The notes under the pieces are model-generated. The model saw nothing but the letters and a program-made list of their open reading frames with translations. It was not told the DNA's origin and did not search any database. A DNA stretch of 61,518 nucleotides, counting the filler, from Sphacelaria rigidula (taxonomy: Eukaryota): NCBI GenBank assembly GCA_964200075.2. It is 11 parts of 11 records of this genome, joined end to end, with 100 filler letters (N's around TTAATTAATTAA, not from the genome) between each part and the next. Parts side by side here need not be neighbours in the genome. Positions count along the whole stretch, not along the records: positions 44,816 to 50,316 come from CAXNAA020026809.1; positions 50,417 to 55,917 come from CAXNAA020026810.1; positions 56,018 to 61,518 come from CAXNAA020026811.1; 8 more parts are not named here. The stretch is one strand, 5' to 3'. Within the stretch, counting starts at the first letter, position 1, and each line of letters opens with the position of its first letter. This document shows positions 49,681 through 58,760 of this stretch, in pieces. The translations under genes and the position numbers were made by a program.

Positions 49681-50133
49681 TCACGTCGGTACCGATACAC
49701 ACCCATGTCATAAGTTATCGGGTATCTCTACAGTCAAGCTTGGTAGTGTGGTAACCTCTTTGTTCTCATTGTCGGGTACTGAAGGGAATTCATAAGCGTG
49801 TGTTGGGTATGGTAAATACCCGGATATTTAGTCTCCCGGATTTTGTGTTGCGATGGTCCGACCTCCAAACTTCACCGAGATACTGAGTATAGTTTCGCAC
49901 GATCGCGATACTCCACCCAATATCTGCCTATTGTTGGGTAAGATCGTATTACTTAGGGGACTTGAAGCTACACTTCACAAAAGTCGTTACACGTCAAAAG
50001 TCAAGCCAGGCTATCACTACGGTTGGGGACCACGTGGGGAGTCCTGATTTGACTTGACTTTAAACAGAGCTCCCGACGTGAGTGTGTGTGCGCGTTGTGG
50101 GTTCGAATCTCGGAGCGATTTGGAATTTTCATC

Positions 50134-50204
50134 GCACAATGCCCTACAGTGGAGAGCGACTATGTCGTGAGGAAACCCGAGTTCGATTCTCGGATTGGTC
50201 ACCA
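50134..50204 (+). pseudogene. tRNA-derived relic (tRNA-Gly-like pseudogene or SINE head)
   Basis: Intact T-arm CCGAG-TTCGATT-CTCGG, A-box-like CAGTGGAGAG, 5' GCAC and 3' ...GGTCA-CCA. Anticodon and acceptor stems are disrupted. Confidence 0.5.
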
Positions 50205-50231
50205 TGTCTCAGCAGGCAAAGCCCGTGGTTA

Positions 50232-50263
<32 letters not shown>

Positions 50264-50865
50264 TCCCGGAACGGCAAAAAAAAGAAGAAAATTGAAATTA
50301 AAAAAACGGATTAAAANNNNNNNNNNNNNNNNNNNNNNNNNNNNNNNNNNNNNNNNNNNNTTAATTAATTAANNNNNNNNNNNNNNNNNNNNNNNNNNNN
50401 NNNNNNNNNNNNNNNNCTTTGGCATGCATGATCATGAGTACACCCCCCCCCCGACCCGAACCCTCCAGAAACAAAATGCTGAAAAAATATGCCGACAAAA
50501 GAATTACCCGAGAAATCTGTGGCCGCTCTTATGAACGACCTAATGCCTGATGACCTGGTGAAGAAGTTTGCCTCCACATCTCCCCAAGAAAAAAGCGTCT
50601 CCCCCCTGCTCCCCCGCCAAACAAGTCGGAGATTTCGGGGGGGAAAAAGACCCGCTCACAAGACCCCTGATACACATCATTTTATTCATTTCGAGTGGCG
50701 TACAGCACACATGGGATACGCTCATCCACCTCTCCCCCTTCAGTGCTTGTCCACCGCGACGTCGACGCCTCTTCGTTTTTGTTTTCATTCTCGCCGTTGT
50801 TGCTGTCGTTGCTGCTGCTTTCTCCACGCCACTCGCGGCGTCGCGTTTTATTTGAAAAATCACAG

Positions 50866-50946
50866 GGGTTTCACGGCGATAACTGTGCTACCGTTGCTGT
50901 GGGGGAGATAGATGCTGACGGTCAACGATTAATCGACGCCACCAAG
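50866..50946 (+). CDS. Methionine aminopeptidase type 1 exon
   Basis: 81-bp phase 0-0 exon between CACAG and GTGGG: GFHGDNCATVAVGEIDADGQRLIDATK. Matches the metal-binding G(Y/F)HGD..T..VG......L motif of MetAP1. Confidence 0.8.
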
Positions 50947-51989
50947 GTGGGCTTGTTTTCTCAAGGCCTTTCAGACGACATTAATTCAGTGAAAATCAGA
51001 ACATGATCCATTTTCGTTACAGCAGGGTTGGCACAGGGAGGATATGGAGATCTCAAGCTTTCTATTTCTGTTGTATGCACGTTTATCTAGTAGAGCTCGG
51101 AAATGGTTTGTCCAACCATTTTACCCTTCCGGGACCGGAGTGGACTACCCGGGGGCGAGGACCTTTCGTGAATCAGCATTATTTTCATTTGGAATTGAAT
51201 GAAAAGGATGCCGAGTCGCAAATCGCCCCTGCGTGCAAACCAGGGGTTCATCCCGCGCTTGTTAGAGTCCGGTCCCATAACGATTAACTGGTTAATGGTT
51301 GCGCGATAGTTACGCGTAGCGCAAACATCAACCAGTTGAATGGTGCGTAATGTTTTGCTCATCAAGCGGCACAGTCGCGAGGGAAATCTCCCCCCTCCCC
51401 CTCCCCCCCGGCAGAGGGGGTCCCACGGGAGCGCGCGCCCGGAGGGCCCCGCTGGAGGCACGTGTTGACGCTATTTGGCTTCACGAGCTAAAAAAAACGT
51501 GAAATTGCGCCAGTTTTCATGGGCAAAATCATGGCGCACTTGGCCTGGAATTTTGATTGAAAGAAACCGTAGCCTTTTTTGAATTTACATCGGAAAAATG
51601 GGATTTAAGTAAGGGGCCAGGGCTGCTGCTGTACGTCGTGTGCTGTCTGTTGCAGCTGCGTGCTGTATGTAGCATACGTAGCCGGCCGGTGACGGTAAAA
51701 TATTGTCCGAAACCATTATCCAATTTTTTTCATAAATTGTGACCATTACTACCCCTACGATGATGGCCAGTTACAACTGGTACCATATTTCTGAGCTCTA
51801 ATGTATGTATGTATATATATATGTATATATACGTAGCTGACGGTGAGTTAGCTCGTTGCTCTGGACCCCATGTTCGGTTTTATCTGGAGCGAGCAGATAC
51901 CTAGTGGAACGGCTCCTCCAAGGCATGTTTGCTTCCTTCCCCAGGAGACAGGTAACAACCTTTACCGTGCACTTTGCTTAAGCTGGTTC

Positions 51990-52390
51990 CGTACAGTTCC
52001 TTCGAATGCGCTCCACCTCGCCGCCGCTTCGAACTCGAATCTCATGCTGACTTGCCATCAAGACGCTCCAGTGCACGCGCAGGCACCAAGGTAGGGGTGC
52101 CCCCCCACCCAGGTAGTCTCGAACTCGGATGACGATTCATCCTCACCGAGCAAATCTACTGGCAACGTCCCCCAGCTCGACTCTGCATACGAGTCACCCA
52201 ACACACCCGGGCGTTGGGCTTCAGTAATATGTGCCGTTGGCGTACCTGAAGAATGCGCGATGGTTCGATTCCCTCATGAAACGTTTTATCAAGTTCCCTC
52301 GCAGCGCCATTTTGTCGGACAAGCCATGAGCTCCCCGAAATGACGCATCGAAGAGGATCCCCAGATCAATTGTCCAAGAACACAAAATAC
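51990..52390 (-). mobile_element. Possible hAT transposase relic
   Basis: Broken frames CSWTIDLGILFD...RGNLIKRFMRES...LLKPNARVCW loosely follow the CxxH-L-L / K.F..S / P..TRW order. Confidence 0.25.
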
Positions 52391-52960
52391 CTGACAGCGG
52401 GGTCTGAGAAGCCAAAGCGCTATATTTTTGGTACTCCGCGTTCTCCGCGTCCAGCGTTGCAGGGAGAAAATTTGGGAAAAAACGGGGCCGAATGAGCTAG
52501 CTAGTGATACGAATCAGTACGAGAAGGAGAAGTAGTATTCAGGTAGTTCGTGAGCTTTCTGACGTGTAAACGGTTGACTTGATACTCCTGCTGAACTCCT
52601 AGTTGGGTGGGAGCCGATCAGGTCGGAAGTGATTGAGATGGGGTTCGCAATCTTCATCGAACACCGTGCCTACCGGACTAACTCTTGAGCCACTGTTCTA
52701 GAACGGCCTTCTGGAAACCTTCCAGAGAGCGCTCGGGAACTATCCGCTCATTGATTGACTGAATGATTGATTGAATAATTGAATGATTGAATGATTGAAT
52801 GACTGATCGATTATTTCACATTAGCTGATTGCAACAATCCAGCCCGTGGTCGGGGGCAGCAACAAGAAGCAAAATAAGGAAGAAGGGAAGAAACAGAAGA
52901 CGACGGAAGCAACGGCCACAGATGAGGAAGAAAAAAAAAAGTGGCGACAACAAAAATATG

Positions 52961-52997
<37 letters not shown>

Positions 52998-53264
52998 CAA
53001 GATGATAATCTCGCATTACGTAGCTGATTGCAACAATCCAGCTCGTGATAAAAAGCAGAAACAAGTTGGAGAAAAATGACTGAAACTAGAAATATAACAA
53101 AACGTGGCGAAAGGAATTCGAAAGACAAAGGCAACAGAGCTAAGCTCGCCTCCGGGGGGGAGCACAGACAAAACAAGGAAACAGAGAAGGAACCACCAGG
53201 AACAAAAGGTGAGCAATCAGGGGTGAACCAAATACAGTGCCAGATGCTATGACGAGTTGGTGAA

Positions 53265-53625
53265 TATGCCGCAGCCACTTTTCTGGGACCTCATACTGGA
53301 AATTTCAGAGAACACTCGGAAACTACCCGTACAAAATCTCATGGATACCTTTGTGGAACCTCCCGCTGGAAGCCTTCAAGACCACACTCGAGAAGTACCC
53401 GCGCAATATCACTCAGCTACTGTTTTTGAATCACCTTGTGGAAAATTTCCAGAGAACGCCCGGAAACTATCTGCACAATATCCCGCAGCTACTGTTACGG
53501 AACCTCCGCCCAAGAAACCACTCGGAAACTATCTGCACGATTTTCCGCAGCTACTGTCCTCGAATCTCCTTCTGGGAAACTTGCAGGGATTACTCGGAAA
53601 CTGCCCACACAACATCCCGCGGCTA
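53265..53625 (+). repeat. ~72-bp minisatellite, about 5 copies, plus an outlier at about 52690-52745
   Basis: C(T/C)CGGAAACTA-type cores at 53316, 53387, 53459, 53521 and 53594. Confidence 0.8.
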
Positions 53626-54332
53626 CATGTAGATCTACTGACGTCGGTGCAAGAGCTTTGGAGCAACACAGTTGCTCTCGGTACGTCCTGTCGCGTTCTT
53701 CTCTGTGGTTGGTATCGCAGTGTACGAACTTGGTCAGCGATTATATTCCGCAGATAGTTCAACGTGTACAGCCAGCACGTTCCTTGGATACCTCAGGGCA
53801 CCGACAGCAACAATCTCCTGGCGACTCTATTCCTAGTCGACAGCCGTGGGGGCTATGCTTGGACGTACGAAGTTTGACGTTGCAAAACATGACGCGGAAT
53901 CCCGCGGAATCATGCTGGGATGTTCGGTACACGTGCCGGTATGGTGTGGTATTCTGAGAAAGAATTCCCCACTTCAGGTATGCCCTACTAAGCATAACCT
54001 TCAGAATTCAAGTGTGAACGTTTCATGTCGGTGGAGGGGGGTCCGGGACTCAGAGCCCATGGTAGCTTGTACGAGATGAAGAGAATTTTGATGTATCCAG
54101 CAGGAATTCCATTGCGGAAACGCTGTTGATTTCCCGTCTTCATCACGAACGTTTCAGACTACGGCATCTACGTTGTGCATATCATGTATTGGACATGAAC
54201 CTCATACGTAAATTCTCGGGCACACGTAGTCCACCAGCCTGGTGAACGCCCACACCATTCAGGACGAGGTACTAACGGGAACGGTCCGGGAACCAGTACC
54301 GTAGCTAGTGTTCGGTCGAGCCACAACTGCTC

Positions 54333-54576
54333 CGCGGCTCAATATTGTAAGCTCTGTACTTGAGGCTTAGAGCTGGGATTCAGAGGAAGGAGGTTCAGAT
54401 AGAGCTGTACGCAACGCGGCTCAATATTGTAAGCTCTGTAGTTGAGGCTTAGAGCTGGGATTCAGAGGGAGAAGGTTCAGATAGAGCTGTACGCAACGCG
54501 GCTCAATATTGTAAGCTCTGTAGTTGAGGCTTAGAGCTGGGATTCAGAGGGAAAAGGTTCAGATAGAGCTGTACGC
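54333..54576 (+). repeat. Near-perfect 82-bp tandem repeat x3
   Basis: CTCAATATTGTAAGCTCTGTA at 54338, 54420 and 54502. Confidence 0.93.
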
Positions 54577-54603
54577 GAGCGGGTGACATCTGAATTAATA
54601 ATG

Positions 54604-54953
54604 AAGAGCACGACGATGCAGCGCCCCACTCGGTTCGTCTGCTCAACCCATCAAAATCTCTGGTGACACTTGCCTTGCTCCGCTCTAGAATGGTGCACTG
54701 CGAAGAAGCGCGCCACGGCTTCATCAAACACCCCACACGTGTACATCGCTCGTCCAGACTTGCAACTTGCGTGGGGCCACCTCCGTGCTCCTCGAGGCTC
54801 ACGAACCTGTGCATTTGTGAGGTGTTTGGTGTGGCCGTCGCGCGCTTCCTCGCAGTGCACCGTTTTACAACGGAGCAGGCGAACCGTCTCGAGACATCTT
54901 GATGGGTTGAGCACATGACGTACCAAAGTGAGGGGCTGCATCGCCGCGCTTTT
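54604..54953. repeat. Long inverted repeat / foldback (arms about 150 bp, loop about 48 nt)
   Basis: 54604-54752 is the imperfect reverse complement of 54801-54953 (e.g. TGCTCAACCCATCAA / TTGATGGGTTGAGCA). Confidence 0.9.
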
Positions 54954-55409
54954 GCAGACTCCTACGCTGTCCGATCGCCCATGTGTTCTCGCCGCTGAGC
55001 TTGTTGGAGAAGGGAAAGCTCTTCCCGACTGCCAAGCTGTCCGAGCGCCGATGCAATCTCGCCGCTGAGCTTGTTGGAGAACGGGTGAAGCTCTTCCAGA
55101 CTTTCGAGCTGTCCGAGCGACGATGGGATCTCGCCGGTGAGCTGATTTACGCCAATGTAAAAATGTTGCAGGCTCCTAAGCTGTGTGAGCGACGATATGA
55201 TCTCGCCGCTGAGCTTGTTGGAGAAGAGGTGGAGTTTCGCAGACTCCCAAGCTGTCTGAACGGCGATGGGATCTCGCCGGTGAGCTGAATTACGCCAAGA
55301 TGAAGCTCTCGGAAGCTCCCAAGCTGTCTGAGGGACGATGGGATCTCGCCGCTCAGGTTGTTGGAGCCGAAGTTGGCAAGTTGCAGACTCCCAAGCCGAG
55401 CGGCGAGAT
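54954..55409 (-). pseudogene. Intronless plant-type 24-aa LRR array (about 6 units), frameshifted
   Basis: 72-bp periodic units: NNLSGEIPSSLRQLGSFRELHLGVIQLTGEIPSPFRQLGS / NKLSGEIISSLTQLRSLQHFYIGVNQLTGEIPSSLGQLESLEELH. Confidence 0.88.
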
Positions 55410-55413
55410 GGGG

Positions 55414-55562
55414 ATCTCGTCGCTCGGCTCGGGAGTTTGCAACTTGCCAGCTTCGTCTCCAATGAGCTCGGCGGCGAGACCCCATCGTCGCTCACACAGC
55501 TTGGGAGCCTGCAAGAGCTTCACCTCGGCGTAAACCAGCTCAGCAGCGAGGTCCCATCATTG
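55414..55562 (+). pseudogene. Inverted duplicate of two LRR units
   Basis: LGSLQLASFVSNELGGETPSSLTQLGSLQELHLGVNQLSSEVPS; reverse complement of 55261-55409. Confidence 0.88.
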
Positions 55563-57573
55563 TGATTGACAATAGGATACCCATTTCGCCCACCAATGTC
55601 TATTCAGGGTCACAATATAATCTGAATCGCGACCACCAGTGTCTATCGCTCGTCACAATGCAATTTGAATCGCGGCCATCAATATCTATTGCTGACCACG
55701 AAGGTAGCTGAATGGATCACAGGCGCTTTGTATGCACATTTTTCGATGTATGTTTCCGCCTTCTTCCACAGAGGCTATGGCCAGCTATCGCCTCAGGTCG
55801 TTGCGTGTTCATATGTAAGGGATATTGCCGTTGATATCATGACACCACTGCGGAGAGCAATCTATTTTCCAAAACCGATCGTTGCCGTCACTGGGTGTCG
55901 ATAGGTGCTCCCGAGAGNNNNNNNNNNNNNNNNNNNNNNNNNNNNNNNNNNNNNNNNNNNNTTAATTAATTAANNNNNNNNNNNNNNNNNNNNNNNNNNN
56001 NNNNNNNNNNNNNNNNNGGTACACGGGGCTAATCGGGTACAATCTATCTACCTTCAACCAGCTGCGTCAACAATCCAATCCTGCCTTACCACAACACACA
56101 TTCGACTAGAATCTTTCGATACCTGTCAGTCGTTTTTGGGGATCCGCAAGTCCCAAACTACTTTTGATTCAGACACAGTCATTTAGCATCACATTAGCCC
56201 ACCCTGGATCGTTCAAGTGCAGTCACGTTTCAGAAGGGACGAAGTTGAATCGAGACACACCTCTCCCACACCACAGAAAATTGAGACTCCATTTGAAGAT
56301 CGAGTCCTCTTTGGTACGGAGAACGGGAAGGGGCGATCAACACTAAAAAATAAGAAATAAAAACACAAGCACGAAGCAAAGAGAAAAAAAATCGAACCGG
56401 TACAGTGACTCGGTGTCCTCATGTTCCGTGAGTTCTTCAGACCGGGTCATGGGAAATAAAAAAAACTAAAAAAACTAAAAACTAAAAACTAAAAACTAAA
56501 AAATAACACCCATAATCAACAACCAAACATGTACCATAAAATGCAGTGTCTCCAGAATATCGTAAGCATTTTCGTGATAGGTACAGGAAATCAGAGACCA
56601 ATCATTGAAACGATTATCCTACCCTGCCATAACTATATCATGAATAAATAGTTCGCTCTTTTCCGAATGTCCGATTTGTTTTGGGTCACTGGTAGAAAAA
56701 CAAGCAAGCCCACCGAGGCACTACATCACTTCGACAACCAAGTTCATGCTAATCACTCGCCCCAGTCAATCAGCAAAAGCAAACAACGTACAGCCGAGTT
56801 CGTCGCGGAAATGGTAGTTTCCCGCGAAAACCAGACGTCGATAAAAAAAAACCAAATGAATGATACGGACAAATCAACCCGTTTGACGTGAGTTAATTGT
56901 CGGTACATGTTTGTGAGAACAACGACTTGCTTGGGACGTCTGGGTGATGATCCAGTCGTACAGAACGTTTTTTTCTCACACGACGATACAAAAACAACTG
57001 ACCGGTTTGTGAGGTCAGGTGTCCGTACACGTCAAGAGAAACGTGGTAGACAATACACAACCTTCGGGCCTACTACGTAGTTCCGAGGCGGATCACCTAA
57101 CACATTTTTGAACCACGACAAATACACAGGACAGAGAGGACCAACGCAGCCCACTCCTCACAGTATTTGCCCGTTCGGACTAAAACGAGACTGGCCCGAA
57201 CACAAACTGGAGCAAAACCCACAGCCTCTCGTACCGTCACGTTACTTCGTCCAATAATCCCTGATAAAAACAAAACACCACCGACCAATTTCAGGGGCGG
57301 GTAATCGTACGCAAAAAATGGTAAAAGTGACGGAAAAAACAGCGAGTGGCGGACTCTGAGCCTGTAGGCTGTACCAACGGTCGAGTATCGACATGGCGGA
57401 ACGGACAGTTCCGAAAGAGCGATCTACCTCATCATGATACCTGATGGTCCTGTATGAGGAGACGTTTGCAACCGATCTTACCGCGAATTCAATAACAATT
57501 CTAAAACACCGTTATGTACGATGCGGCCAGTGGTGGCCTCGTTGTAACTTATCAACCACCAAAGTATAAATCA

Positions 57574-58002
57574 TCGAGTAACAGAGGATTCTATAAAATG
57601 AGGTCTATCAATGGAATGAGGTTCGAGCCCAAAACAGTACTTTCTCCACACTTTCAGCGATCGTGCCCGATGACTTTTTTGTCGGCCTAATGCCCCTCGA
57701 TCGCGCATATACTTTTTCAGCGCATTTTACCCAATTTGTGAGCTTACAGCGCTGACCGAAACTGCTGTTTTCCCTGATATCACCCCCTCCTAAAAAAATA
57801 GTAGAAATGGCGGTTTCGGACAGCGCTGTAAGCTCACAGAGTCGACAAAATACACTGAAAAAGTATCTAAGCGATCGAGGGGCATTAGGCCGGCAAGAAA
57901 GTTATTGGGCACCATCGCTGAAAGCGTGGAGAAAGTACTGTTTTGAGCTCAAACCTCATTTCATCGATGAACCTCATTTTATAGAACCCTCTGTTGAGTC
58001 GA
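57574..58002. mobile_element. 429-bp foldback MITE, probable 4-bp TSD ATCA
   Basis: ~190-bp arms (AACAGAGG.TTCTATAAAATGAGG ... CCTCATTTTATAGAA.CCTCTGTT), with ATCA at 57570-57573 and 58003-58006. Confidence 0.88.
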
Positions 58003-58760
58003 ATCACCCGTGACCCTCCTACAAACGGGGTCGGTCACATGCGGCAGGACTCGCAAAAAAGTTTTGGCCAAGTGTTTTAGACTCGAGGGTCAGGAACATT
58101 GGAACACTCGTGGCGAAATTCACGACATAGACGCAGAAACCAAAACCAAAATAAATACAAAACCGGGGGCACGCTGGGCAACAGCGAAAACGAAAACCCG
58201 CAACATGAGGCAGAAAAACAACACGTGGCAACCGTCCTTGTAAACGGGAGCAGTTATCGTGTGTATGAAGCAAGCAGGGCCAAAAATTTCAGCCAAGAAG
58301 GTCAAAACATTTCAGGCAACCCATGTCAACATAAAATCAACGTGGTACGCACACAAAAAGGGGACACGTCATTACCGATCCTACTGGAGGAAGCGGTATG
58401 CGTGTACAGAGCGGTTGGGCACAGGCGCAATTATTCCAGACGGGGAGGTCAGGTATATGCAGCGCTTGCTCCTAAAACTCTCAACCGAAAAGACAAAAAA
58501 AACAAAAAACGACAACATGTGACACAAAAAGCACGTCATGACCGGTCCCGAAGAGGGAGGCGGCATTCGCGTGCGGAGCGATTGAACAAGAACGCAAATA
58601 TTCCAGACGTGGGCGTCAGGTATGGCTAGCGCTTGCTCCGTTAACTTTTCCATCAAAACAAACAAATAGAAAATGCCATGTAATAACAAAGCAAGACAAG
58701 GTGTGCGTACAACGACAAAAAATAAAGACATAAATAACTCGTGGCAACTCGGATGCGGCA

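Noticed and set aside
49316..49711. ORFs with YRIMS/VVSYH repeats
   Set aside because: They are translations of an ACGAT microsatellite.
50480..50600. Upstream MetAP exon (PEKSVAALMND..MPDD resembling PKSVCTSVNE..GIPDD)
   Set aside because: It lacks the CHG motif and clear splice sites, and lies in error-prone sequence at a contig start.
51286..51337. 19-bp stem hairpin as a terminator or ncRNA
   Set aside because: An isolated small inverted repeat in eukaryotic intronic DNA, most likely a MITE remnant; no further support.
5503..56017. Regularly spaced TTAATTAATTAA palindromes as a biological array
   Set aside because: They are embedded in fixed N pads and are assembly linkers.
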